A stretch of 64,000 bases of DNA from Dehalococcoidia bacterium (lineage in GTDB: Bacteria > Chloroflexota > Dehalococcoidia > Lucifugimonadales > UBA2962), in NCBI GenBank assembly GCA_965250195.1, contig OZ252295.1, positions 1,295,212 to 1,359,211 on the forward strand, given 5' to 3'. The translations under genes were made by a program, and so were the position numbers. Shown here piece by piece: positions 8,059-16,758 of the stretch (within the stretch, counting starts at the first letter, position 1; every line of letters begins with the position of its first letter). The notes under the pieces were generated by a model. It made no database searches and was not told where the DNA came from. It saw only the letters and a list, made by a program, of their open reading frames with translations.

Positions 8059-9198
8059 ATGACGACCAAAAAGCGCGACTACTATGAGGTTCTGGGCGTT
8101 CAGCGAAACGCCTCGGATGAGGAGGTCAAAAAGGCCTTCCGCAAGCTGGCGCTCGAATTCCACCCCGACCGCAACAAGGCGGAAAAGGCGGGAGAGCGAT
8201 TCAAAGAGGTAAACGAGGCCTACCAGGTTCTCTCCGACGAGGACCGCAGGGCACAGTACGATCGCTTCGGTCACTCCGGCGTCACAAGCGGTGGTGCCAC
8301 GGGCTTTGACGGCTTCGATTCATACGGAGGTGTGGGGGACATCTTCGAGGCCTTCTTCGGCGGCTTCGGCGGACAGGCCCAGACAGGCTCCGCCCGACGG
8401 GGCTCCGACCTGCGAGGCTCCGTCACGGTGTCTTTCGCCGAGGCAGCATTCGGGACTGAGAAAGAGATTGAGATCTCCCGGACCGAAAAGTGCGCCGTCT
8501 GTCGTGGAAGCCGTAGCGAGCCCGACACCACCCCGGAAGTGTGCACAAACTGCGGTGGCTCGGGACAGCTGCGGCGGGCACAGCAGGGCTTCTTCGGTCA
8601 GTTCGTGCAGGTAGTGACATGCAGCGTTTGCGGGGGTGACGGACAGGTAATTACCAAACCCTGCAAGCACTGCAGCGGCTCCGGCATCGAGCGCAAGCAG
8701 CGCACGCTCGCCGTGACCATTCCGGCCGGAATCGAGAGCAACACCCAGCTCAAGTTGCGAGGGGAGGGTGAAGCCGGCCTCGGTGGTGGCCCGTCCGGCA
8801 GCCTGTATGTTGCGCTCAGTGTCCAGCCCCACCAGCTGTTCAGGCGCGAGGGCAACGACGTACGCTACACCCAGAGGCTCAACGTCGCACAGGCTGGGCT
8901 GGGTGTGGTCCTGAACATCCCTACCCTAGAAGGGGAGGAAACCGTCGAAATACCGGCCGGCACCCAGTCCGGGCAGTTAATAAACCTCAAGGGCCGAGGC
9001 ATCCCCCACCTCCGGAACAAAGGTCTCCGGGGCGATCAGATCATCGACCTGTTCGTGCTCACCCCCGAGGACCTCTCCGAAGAGCAGCGACTGCTTCTTG
9101 AGCAGCTCGCGGCCACTTTACCGGACGAGGGTGAAGTCTCCGAGCAGGACGGCCGAACCTGGGTGGGCAAGATCAAGGACACTATCTCCGGTCCTTAA
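8059..9198 (+). CDS. dnaJ: Molecular chaperone DnaJ
   Basis: J-domain DYYEVLGV...HPDRN, a G/F-rich region and four CxxCxGxG zinc-finger repeats ([32 protein letters not shown]). I set the start at ATG 8059, not the tracked 8011, to give the canonical [15 protein letters not shown]-terminus. Confidence 0.95.
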   Translation: MTTKKRDYYEVLGVQRNASDEEVKKAFRKLALEFHPDRNKAEKAGERFKEVNEAYQVLSDEDRRAQYDRFGHSGVTSGGATGFDGFDSYGGVGDIFEAFFGGFGGQAQTGSARRGSDLRGSVTVSFAEAAFGTEKEIEISRTEKCAVCRGSRSEPDTTPEVCTNCGGSGQLRRAQQGFFGQFVQVVTCSVCGGDGQVITKPCKHCSGSGIERKQRTLAVTIPAGIESNTQLKLRGEGEAGLGGGPSGSLYVALSVQPHQLFRREGNDVRYTQRLNVAQAGLGVVLNIPTLEGEETVEIPAGTQSGQLINLKGRGIPHLRNKGLRGDQIIDLFVLTPEDLSEEQRLLLEQLAATLPDEGEVSEQDGRTWVGKIKDTISGP

Positions 9199-9216
9199 GT
9201 CACTGCGTGACGGCCA

Positions 9217-10125
9217 ATGACACTGATTGAGTTCAGTATCCGGACACCCGCTGAATTCGTAGAACCCATCTCCGAACTGTTCGCTCGCTATGGTGAGCAG
9301 GGCGTCGTCGTGGAGCTTGACGGTGGCTACAACCCGGACGAGGGCGAGTCGCGTCCTCCGGACGCCCCGGCGACACTGCGCACCTACCTCCCGGCCGACG
9401 ACCAGCTCCCGGCACGGCGAGCTGGAATCGACGCCGGTGTCAGGTTGATCGCCCTCGTCGCACCAATAGGTGATCTGACCGAGCGGGCCATAGAGGAAGC
9501 CGAGTGGCGCGACGCCTACAAGCGGCATCTCAGAACCCTGACAGTCGGGAAACGGCTAATGGTGGTCCCTAGCTGGGATGAGCCGCGTTCTGTTGGCTCG
9601 CGGGTGGTCATTCGGCTCGACCCCGGTCTCGCCTTCGGGACGGGGCATCATCCGACGACCGCAATGTGCCTCCAGTTCGTCGAAGAACTTCTCGAACCCG
9701 CCGCCTGCGTTCTGGACGTCGGGTGTGGGTCGGGCATCCTCTCCATAGCCGCGGCCAAGCTGGGCGCGACCAGAGTGCTCGGGCTCGACATCGACCCGGA
9801 CGCGGTCTCGGCTGCCAATCGCAATGCGGCCGACAACGAGGTTGACCGCGTAGTCACCGCGGTCGAGGGGACACTTGAGAGCCGCCAAGGCGATGGCCCG
9901 TTCGACCTGGTGCTCGCCAACATCTCGGCCAAGGTGATCATCGCGTCTGCCGAGCACATCGCTGCCGTTGCGAAGCCCTTGGGCGCCGTCGTCTGTAGCG
10001 GTGTCCTCGCAGAGAGGGGCGACGAAGTAACCGGCGCCCTCGCGGCCGCGGGTCTGCGGGTAAGCGAGGTTCGGCAGGAAGAGGAATGGCTTGCGATCCA
10101 CGCCGTTCACCCTGACGTGCGTTAG
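9217..10125 (+). CDS. prmA: Ribosomal protein L11 methyltransferase PrmA
   Basis: PrmA architecture with FGTGHHPTT and the SAM-binding VLDVGCGSGILSIAA motif. The hrcA-dnaJ-prmA order is conserved. Confidence 0.9.
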   Translation: MTLIEFSIRTPAEFVEPISELFARYGEQGVVVELDGGYNPDEGESRPPDAPATLRTYLPADDQLPARRAGIDAGVRLIALVAPIGDLTERAIEEAEWRDAYKRHLRTLTVGKRLMVVPSWDEPRSVGSRVVIRLDPGLAFGTGHHPTTAMCLQFVEELLEPAACVLDVGCGSGILSIAAAKLGATRVLGLDIDPDAVSAANRNAADNEVDRVVTAVEGTLESRQGDGPFDLVLANISAKVIIASAEHIAAVAKPLGAVVCSGVLAERGDEVTGALAAAGLRVSEVRQEEEWLAIHAVHPDVR

Positions 10126-11150
10126 CCGCCTTTGCCACCGTCCAGCCCGCTCCATTCGGGGGCGGGCCGTCTGCCCAGGAGCTCGGAAATGGCCGACTCC
10201 AGCGAGACCCCCTCGAACAGGATCGAGTTGATGGCCCGGGCAATGGGCATATCGACCGACAGCCGGTCGGCCACCTGAACCGCCGCCGCCGTGGTGTCCA
10301 CGCCCTCCGCGACGTTGTGCATCCCGGCGCGAATGTCCTCCAGCTTGCGACCGGCGGCCAGTTCGGCGCCGACGTGGTGGTTCCGACTCAGGTCGCTGTA
10401 GCAGGTCGCTACCAGGTCGCCCATCCCGGCAAGTCCCGCCAGCGTAAGCGGCGCCGCGCCCGATGCCACCCCCAGTCGGGCGATCTCCGCCAGGCCCCGG
10501 GTGACGAAGGCCGCCTTGGCGTTGTCGCCCAGCTGAAGCCCGTCGCAGATGCCCGCGCCGATGGCGATAATGTTCTTGAGGGCACCGCCCAGCTCCACCC
10601 CGACGAGGTCGGCGTTGGTATAGACGCGGAAGCTCTGCGACGAGAACGCGGCCTGCACCCTCGCCATCGCTTCGTCGTCGGACCCGGCCACGACCGTGGT
10701 GGAGGGCAGGCCGGAAAGCACTTCGCTCGCCAGGTTAGGGCCCGAAAGCGCGCATATGTGCCCGTCCCAACCGGGGCCAAGCTCTTCGGCGATCACCTCG
10801 GACATGCGCTTGCCGGAGGATATCTCCAGCCCCTTAGTGGCGCTCACGACCGTAGCGCTAGAGGGCACGTCTTCGGCGATGCGGGCCATGTTCTCTCTGA
10901 TCGACCGCGACGGCACGGCCACCATCACAAGGTCGGCGCCCGTCAGTGAATCTGCCGGGGATGATGTCGCCGACACGGTGTCGGGCAGGGTCACTCCCGG
11001 CGCGAAGCGCTTGTTTTCCCGGTCCCGGTTCAGAGCGTCTGCTTCGGCGCCGTCGCGTGCGAGTATGCACACGGATGCGCCGTTGCGGGCTAGCAGGACC
11101 GCGAGCGTCGTTCCCCAGCTCGTCGTCCCGATGACTGCGGCGGTCGTCAT
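10122..11150 (-). CDS. gpsA: NAD(P)H-dependent glycerol-3-phosphate dehydrogenase
   Basis: N-terminal dinucleotide fold VIGTTSWGTTLA, GALKNIIAIGAG and NHHVG motifs. It lies downstream of der-plsY. Confidence 0.92.
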   Translation of the reverse strand: MTTAAVIGTTSWGTTLAVLLARNGASVCILARDGAEADALNRDRENKRFAPGVTLPDTVSATSSPADSLTGADLVMVAVPSRSIRENMARIAEDVPSSATVVSATKGLEISSGKRMSEVIAEELGPGWDGHICALSGPNLASEVLSGLPSTTVVAGSDDEAMARVQAAFSSQSFRVYTNADLVGVELGGALKNIIAIGAGICDGLQLGDNAKAAFVTRGLAEIARLGVASGAAPLTLAGLAGMGDLVATCYSDLSRNHHVGAELAAGRKLEDIRAGMHNVAEGVDTTAAAVQVADRLSVDMPIARAINSILFEGVSLESAISELLGRRPAPEWSGLDGGKGG

Positions 11151-11153
11151 GGC

Positions 11154-11843
11154 CTAGCCTGCCCGGTCCTGCGCGGGCCCGGCCCCTTCGGCGGCTTGTT
11201 TTGCCTCATCGGCGACTAGTGCCGGGGCCAGCTCCGCCTTCGTGCCCAGCTTACGCTCCTTGCCTCTGATCAATCGGACAACGTTGTCGTAATGACGGAT
11301 GACCACCGCCGGGGCCCCGACAATTCCGTACCACATGAAGTCTGTCTCGATGACCCCGGTTGCGGCGAGGGCGATCAGGGCGACGCAGCCAGCCGTCGCT
11401 CCGATGATAGATCCCACAGAAACGTACTTCGACAGGAAGACCAGGGGCACTCCAACGCCGGTGGCGATCAGACCGGCCCACGGCGAGAGGATAAAGAGCC
11501 CGCCCCAGCCGGTGGCGATGCCCCTGCCGCCCCTGAAACCGGCGAACACGGGAAAATTGTGGCCCAGCACGGCGGCCAGCCCAGCGGCTGATTGCAGTCC
11601 GGGTGTGTCGGAGAAAGCTATCACCACCGCGATTGCGATCACCGCTTTGGACATGTCGAGAAGCAGGACCAGCGCCCCCACCTTCTTGCCCGAGGTGCGG
11701 ATGACGTTGGTCATGCCCGTCTTCCCGCTGCCGAAGTCGCGCACATCCACGCCGCTCGCCACCCGCGCCGCGATGAGCCCGAACGGCACTGAGCCGATCA
11801 GATAGCCCACGGCTATGAAAATGAGGTATTCGAAGAAAATCAC
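11154..11843 (-). CDS. plsY: Glycerol-3-phosphate acyltransferase PlsY
   Basis: Polytopic membrane protein with YLIGSVPFGL..., GSGKTGMTNV and HNFPVFAGFRGGRG motifs typical of PlsY. Confidence 0.92.
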   Translation of the reverse strand: MIFFEYLIFIAVGYLIGSVPFGLIAARVASGVDVRDFGSGKTGMTNVIRTSGKKVGALVLLLDMSKAVIAIAVVIAFSDTPGLQSAAGLAAVLGHNFPVFAGFRGGRGIATGWGGLFILSPWAGLIATGVGVPLVFLSKYVSVGSIIGATAGCVALIALAATGVIETDFMWYGIVGAPAVVIRHYDNVVRLIRGKERKLGTKAELAPALVADEAKQAAEGAGPAQDRAG

Positions 11844-13174
11844 TGTTCGCCCCTGCCCCTGAACCGCATCCTCAGCGGCGTTCCCTCGAAGCCATAGGTG
11901 CCGCGAATGGCGTTTTCCAGGTACCGCCGGTAAGAGAAGTGCACCAGGTCGGCCTTATTGACGTAGACCGTGAAACCGGGCGGGCCGATAGAGTCTTGAG
12001 TCACCCCGTACACCTTCAGTCCGTGCCTGGGGTTGGACGCCGGTGGGTGGTCGGCCACGGCGTTGAGCACCGTGCGTCGTAGGTCGTAGCGCGGTAGACT
12101 TCTCGACCACTGCACGTGCGCCTCCCCGGCCGCATCCAGCAGTTCGCCTACCCCGTCCCCCTTAAGCGCCGATATGAACCGCACCGGCGCGAAGTGGAGG
12201 AACTTGAATCGCGCCCGCACGAACCGCTCCGTGTCGGCCTTGTTCAGGCCCAGCTCGGGGGCGAGATCCCACTTGTTCACGGCGATCACAATGCCCCTGT
12301 GCGCCTCCAGCACATAGCTGGCGATGTGGGCGTCCTGCGCCGTGGCCAGCTCGGTGGCGTCCAGCAGCAGCAGCGCCACCTGTGCCCGCTCAATGGCGCG
12401 GAGAGACCGCAGGACGCTGTAGCGTTCGATGCCCCTCTCCACGCTGCCCCTGCGTCGAATACCCGCCGTATCTATCAGCAGCATGGACGTGCCGTCGCGC
12501 TCGATCAGCGTATCTATTGCGTCTCGGGTTGTTCCGGGAACGTCGCTGACAATCGAGCGTTCTTCGCCCGCAATGGCGTTGAGCAGTTGCGACTTGCCCG
12601 AATTGGCCCGGCCCACGATGGCCAGGGACAGGTCGGCCAGCGACTCGTAGTCCGGTTCGGTCTCGGGCAAGGCTTCGACAACTTGCGTCATCAGGTCGTC
12701 CACGCCCCTGTTGTGGTACGCGCTCAGTGGAATCGGGTCCCCAATGCCCAGTGAGTGAAATTCGAGAGACGTGCTCTCCCGCTCGGGGTTGTCCGCCTTG
12801 TTTGCGGCCAATATCAGCGGCTTCCCGGCCATGCGCAGGCTCTGGGCCACGTCCTCGTCGTCCGGCGTCACCCCGTCCACCGAGTCCACCACCAGCACGA
12901 TGACATCGGCGTCGGCGATGGCTACTTCGACCTGGTTGCGAACTTCGTCCGATAGACCTGCCACCTGAGTAGACCGGGTCGGCTCCAGCTCTAGGCCGCC
13001 GGTGTCTATCAGCACGAACCCTGCCCCGCCCCATTCAACGTTCGTCATTAGTCGGTCGCGGGTGGTGCCGGCCACCTCCGAGACAATGGCGCTTCGGTCC
13101 CCGGCAATCCGGTTGTAGAGCGTGGACTTGCCCACATTTGGGCGTCCGACAATGGCGACAAGTGGTTTAACCAT
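11840..13174 (-). CDS. der: Ribosome-biogenesis GTPase Der (EngA)
   Basis: Two tandem GTPase domains (GRPNVGKST...DTGG and GRANSGKSQ...DTAG) plus a C-terminal KH-like domain. Confidence 0.95.
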   Translation of the reverse strand: MVKPLVAIVGRPNVGKSTLYNRIAGDRSAIVSEVAGTTRDRLMTNVEWGGAGFVLIDTGGLELEPTRSTQVAGLSDEVRNQVEVAIADADVIVLVVDSVDGVTPDDEDVAQSLRMAGKPLILAANKADNPERESTSLEFHSLGIGDPIPLSAYHNRGVDDLMTQVVEALPETEPDYESLADLSLAIVGRANSGKSQLLNAIAGEERSIVSDVPGTTRDAIDTLIERDGTSMLLIDTAGIRRRGSVERGIERYSVLRSLRAIERAQVALLLLDATELATAQDAHIASYVLEAHRGIVIAVNKWDLAPELGLNKADTERFVRARFKFLHFAPVRFISALKGDGVGELLDAAGEAHVQWSRSLPRYDLRRTVLNAVADHPPASNPRHGLKVYGVTQDSIGPPGFTVYVNKADLVHFSYRRYLENAIRGTYGFEGTPLRMRFRGRGEQ

Positions 13175-13182
13175 GTCTGGGC

Positions 13183-14100
13183 CTAGCCGAGCAACCGGCT
13201 GAGAATGGCTTTTTGAGCGTGGAGCCGGTTCTCGGCCTGGTCGAAGACAACCGAGCCGGGGTGTTCCAGCATCCCCGGCGCGATCTCCTCGCCCTCATGT
13301 GCGGGCATGTCGTGCATGAAGACCGCGCCGGGGCCGGCGCGCTCCATTAGCTCGGGGCCCACCTGGTAGCCCTCGAACGCGCGCAGCTTATCGGCTGCCT
13401 GGTCCTGTTCGCCCATGCTCACCCACACGTCCGTGTACACCGCGTCCGCTCCGGTGACGGCGTCCTCCGGGCTCTGGAGCCAGGTCACGGAGCCGCCCGA
13501 GCCCTCGGCCCGTCGCTGCGCCTCTGCCCAGGGCTGATCCGGCACCTGATAAGCGGCGGGACAGGCCATGGTGAAGTGCGCGCCCACCGAGCCGCAGGCG
13601 ATGGCGAGGCTCGCGGCCACGTTGTTTCCGTCGCCGATGTAGGCAATCTTGGCACCGGTAAGCGCGCCTCGCTTCTCGTGCACCGTCAGCAGGTCGGCCA
13701 TCGCCTGGCACGGGTGCTCGGCGTCCGATAGAGCATTGACCACGGGTATCGAGGCATATTCGGCCAACTCGACGAGCGTGTCATGAGAGAACACGCGGGC
13801 CACCACACAGTCGAACCACCTCTCCAGCACCCGCGCCACGTCGGCCACCGGTTCTCGTTGCCCGAGCCCGACGTCTTCGGGGCTGAAGTACACACAGTCC
13901 CCGCCGAGCTGCCGGACGCCCACCTCGAAGCTACCCCTGGTCCTCAGCGAGGGTTTTTCGAATAACAGCGCGACAATCATGCCGTCTAAAGGACGTGTGG
14001 CGTCGGCGCCGTTCTTCACTCGCACAGCCGCTTCAACAATATCGGCAACCTGGCTCGGAGGCAGGTCCGCCACCGACAAAAAGTCGCTCAGTTTGCTCAT
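13183..14100 (-). CDS. argF: Ornithine carbamoyltransferase-family enzyme (non-canonical active-site motifs)
   Basis: FEKPSLRTRGSFE, HPCQAMADL, DVWVSMGE and FDQAENRLHAQKA align by eye with OTCases. STRTR reads SLRTR and HCLP reads HDMP. The start is set at MSKLSDF (14100); the tracked ORF extends to 14136. Confidence 0.7.
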   Translation of the reverse strand: MSKLSDFLSVADLPPSQVADIVEAAVRVKNGADATRPLDGMIVALLFEKPSLRTRGSFEVGVRQLGGDCVYFSPEDVGLGQREPVADVARVLERWFDCVVARVFSHDTLVELAEYASIPVVNALSDAEHPCQAMADLLTVHEKRGALTGAKIAYIGDGNNVAASLAIACGSVGAHFTMACPAAYQVPDQPWAEAQRRAEGSGGSVTWLQSPEDAVTGADAVYTDVWVSMGEQDQAADKLRAFEGYQVGPELMERAGPGAVFMHDMPAHEGEEIAPGMLEHPGSVVFDQAENRLHAQKAILSRLLG

Positions 14101-14256
14101 CGCCCCTAAATGCCCCCAAAGGCGATGATATGCCACGGAATCGCGGTCCTACAAGGAACCGGCAGGCCTGCGTTCGAGTGTCTCGCCGCGTTAGAATCGT
14201 CTGGTCGGTGGCGCGGCATGCAACAAAGCAGTTTCGGTGGACGCAAAGGGCAGGTG

Positions 14257-14604
14257 ATGACAAACGGCAACATCGGGGCCGAAAGGGTCCTCCTCACCGA
14301 GGACAGTGTGATAATCGACTGGAGCGACGGCCAGACCTGCTGCTACACGGCCAGGGAGTTGCGCCTCAACTGCGGCTGCGCCGAGTGCGTCGAGGAGTGG
14401 AGCAAACGCAAACTGCTCGACCCCGCCACCGTTCCTGCCGACATCCGGGCTGAAGACTACCTGATGGTGGGCCGATATGCCGTCCAGTTCCTCTGGAGCG
14501 ACGCCCACTACACCGGCATCTACCCGTTTGACACGATTCGCACCATCCTGCCCTGTGCAGAGGCCGCGGACAGTGGCATCGATCCGGTCGGTGACAACAA
14601 ATGA
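14257..14604 (+). CDS. DUF971 (gamma-butyrobetaine hydroxylase-like N-terminal) domain protein
   Basis: ...IDWSDGQTCCYTARELRLNCGCAECV...YAVQFLWSDAHYTGIYPF is the DUF971 pattern. ATG 14257 is preceded by a purine-rich aaagggcagg. The longer tracked ORF overlaps the argF-like 5' region. Confidence 0.7.
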   Translation: MTNGNIGAERVLLTEDSVIIDWSDGQTCCYTARELRLNCGCAECVEEWSKRKLLDPATVPADIRAEDYLMVGRYAVQFLWSDAHYTGIYPFDTIRTILPCAEAADSGIDPVGDNK

Positions 14605-14617
14605 GGCGAGTTCAGAA

Positions 14618-15568
14618 GTGAAAATCGGCTTACTAATAGAGGCACAGGACGACCTTACCTGGGAGCTCTGGCGCCGCGTCGCCAAATCGGCAGACGAACT
14701 GGGATTCGACTCCCTGTGGCGGTCCGACCACCTCGTGGCACTATACGGCAAGATGCCCGGCGGCTCCTTTGATGCCTTCCTCAATCTGGCGATAGCTGCT
14801 GAAGTGACGGACCGCATCGAGCTGGGCACCATGGTCGCCTCGGTGACCTTTCGTCACCCCTCGGTGCTTTCCCGTCTCGCCGCTCAGATAGACGCCCTCT
14901 CGGATGGGCGCTTCGTGCTCGGCGTCGGCGCCGGATGGCACGATGGCGAGCACACGGAGTACGGCGTCGACTTCCCGCCAATTGGCGAACGTATGGACAG
15001 GCTTCGCGAGACCATCCTGTATTGTCGCGCGTCCTGGTCCCCGGGCCCTGCGTCCTTTATCGGCACGCACTACCGGCTCGACGGAGCCAGCGGCCTGCCC
15101 GGCCCGGTGCGCCAGCCGCTGCCCATACTCGTAGGCGGCTCAGGCGAGCGCCGCACGCTGCGCATCGTCGCCGAGCTGGCCGACGAGTGGAACGTCACCG
15201 GCCGCGACCTCCCCAAATATCCCCACAAACTCGAGGTCCTTGCTCGCCACTGCGACGCCGTCGGCCGCGACATCGCCTCGATTCGGCGCTCCATCGCGGC
15301 CCCGTTCGCCGTGGGCGTGGACGATGCAGACCTGGACGCCCGCATAGAGAGGCTCAGGCTTCGCGTCCCCACCCTCACCGGCGACCCCCGCAATCTGGGG
15401 GACCACAGAGGGCCGGGCGGCTGGTTCTCCGGCAGTCCGGACGAACTGGTAGATCAACTGGGTCGGCTATCGGAAATGAGCGTCTCTCGGGTCATGCTTC
15501 AGCACCTGGCCCACGACGACTTCTCCGCGCTCGAGCTACTGGCGGCTCGGGTCCTGCCGCAGCTCTGA
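14618..15568 (+). CDS. Luciferase-like monooxygenase (LLM) family, probably an F420-dependent oxidoreductase
   Basis: VKIGLLIEAQ...GFDSLWRSDH...GTMVASVTFRHP...GRFVLGVGAGW is the LLM TIM-barrel signature. The GTG start at 14618 gives the standard N-terminus. Confidence 0.8.
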   Translation: MKIGLLIEAQDDLTWELWRRVAKSADELGFDSLWRSDHLVALYGKMPGGSFDAFLNLAIAAEVTDRIELGTMVASVTFRHPSVLSRLAAQIDALSDGRFVLGVGAGWHDGEHTEYGVDFPPIGERMDRLRETILYCRASWSPGPASFIGTHYRLDGASGLPGPVRQPLPILVGGSGERRTLRIVAELADEWNVTGRDLPKYPHKLEVLARHCDAVGRDIASIRRSIAAPFAVGVDDADLDARIERLRLRVPTLTGDPRNLGDHRGPGGWFSGSPDELVDQLGRLSEMSVSRVMLQHLAHDDFSALELLAARVLPQL

Positions 15569-15569
15569 C

Positions 15570-16319
15570 GTGAGCGAAACCGTCCAAATCGGCGACACTG
15601 GAGGGCTGCCCACCGCCGTGCTATTCGACCTGGACGACACCATCCTCGCCACCTCTGAGGTCTCCACCGAATGTTGGGCCGTGGTGGCGGACCGGTTCGC
15701 ACCGGTGTTCAAGGGCATAGGCCACGACGTCACGCCGGAGCGTCTGCACACCGCCATTCACGACTACCGAGTGTGGTTCTGGTCGGACACGAGGCGCAAC
15801 CTCAGCGGTCGCCTCAACCCGAGACAAGCGCTAATAGAGAACGTGCGCGGCGGCCTCGAGGCGCTGGGCATAGTCTCAGCGGATTTGACCGAGCAGCTGG
15901 CCGACGCTTGGTCCGAAGTGCGTCGGGCCGCCTCCCGGCCGTTCCCCGGCGCCATCGAGACGTTACGAACATTCAGGGAACGCGGCGTCAAGTTGGGCTT
16001 GGTAACCAACGGGGCCGCCGAAACCCAGAGCATGAAAGTCGAGCACCTCGGCCTGGCCGGACTCATCGACCACATCCAGATTGAAGGGGTCTTCGGCGTC
16101 GGCAAGCCCGAGCCGGAAGTGTACCTGCACGCTCTTAAAACTCTCGGGGTGGAGCCGAATGAGACCTGGATGGTGGGGGACAACCTCGAATTGGATGTCC
16201 TCGCCCCCATGCGCATGGGCATCCACGGCATCTGGATCGACATCATCGGTGCGGGCTTACCGGAAGACGCCCCCGAGCGACCGGACCGGATCATCCGGGC
16301 CATCTCAGAACTGGTCTAA
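15570..16319 (+). CDS. HAD-superfamily hydrolase (subfamily IA)
   Basis: Motif I AVLFDLDDTIL, motif II LVTNG, and motif III/IV GKPEPE...MVGDNLELDV. Confidence 0.8.
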   Translation: MSETVQIGDTGGLPTAVLFDLDDTILATSEVSTECWAVVADRFAPVFKGIGHDVTPERLHTAIHDYRVWFWSDTRRNLSGRLNPRQALIENVRGGLEALGIVSADLTEQLADAWSEVRRAASRPFPGAIETLRTFRERGVKLGLVTNGAAETQSMKVEHLGLAGLIDHIQIEGVFGVGKPEPEVYLHALKTLGVEPNETWMVGDNLELDVLAPMRMGIHGIWIDIIGAGLPEDAPERPDRIIRAISELV

Positions 16320-16337
16320 CGAGCCCCGCACGCTCGG

Positions 16338-16757
16338 TCAGGCGGGCCGAAATTTCGGCAGCGTGATCTCCTCTGTCACGTCGTCGAAGACCACGTCTAG
16401 CGCCATCCCAATCACCAAATCATCGGGCTCCGGTTCACCGGAAAAGCCGATGATGTTGGTCGCCATCATCGGCCCCTCCTCCAGCTCCACGATGGCCGTT
16501 ACGAACGGCGCGTCCGCCTGGAAGCCGGGGTACGGGGAACGGTGAACGATGGTGAAAGTGTGCAGCGTCGCCTTGCCGCTTGCCTGCATCCACTCGGTGT
16601 CCTTGGAAAAACAGCACGGCGAAATATCTCTCGGGTAAAAGTAGGCTTTTTCGCACGCCTTGCACCGGCGCAGCCACAATTCGTGCTCTTTCGCCTTGTC
16701 CCAGTACAGTTGCGACTCGCCCTGAGGCGCGGGCAGCGGCTTTTGGTAGTCGGCCAT
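16338..16757 (-). CDS. Zn-ribbon/OB-fold protein (DUF35 family), partner of the adjacent thiolase-like protein
   Basis: CKACEKAYFYPRDISPCC rubredoxin-like ribbon followed by an OB-fold region. The gene starts 1 nt after the stop codon of the upstream thiolase-like gene. Confidence 0.8.
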   Translation of the reverse strand: MADYQKPLPAPQGESQLYWDKAKEHELWLRRCKACEKAYFYPRDISPCCFSKDTEWMQASGKATLHTFTIVHRSPYPGFQADAPFVTAIVELEEGPMMATNIIGFSGEPEPDDLVIGMALDVVFDDVTEEITLPKFRPA

Positions 16758-16758
16758 C

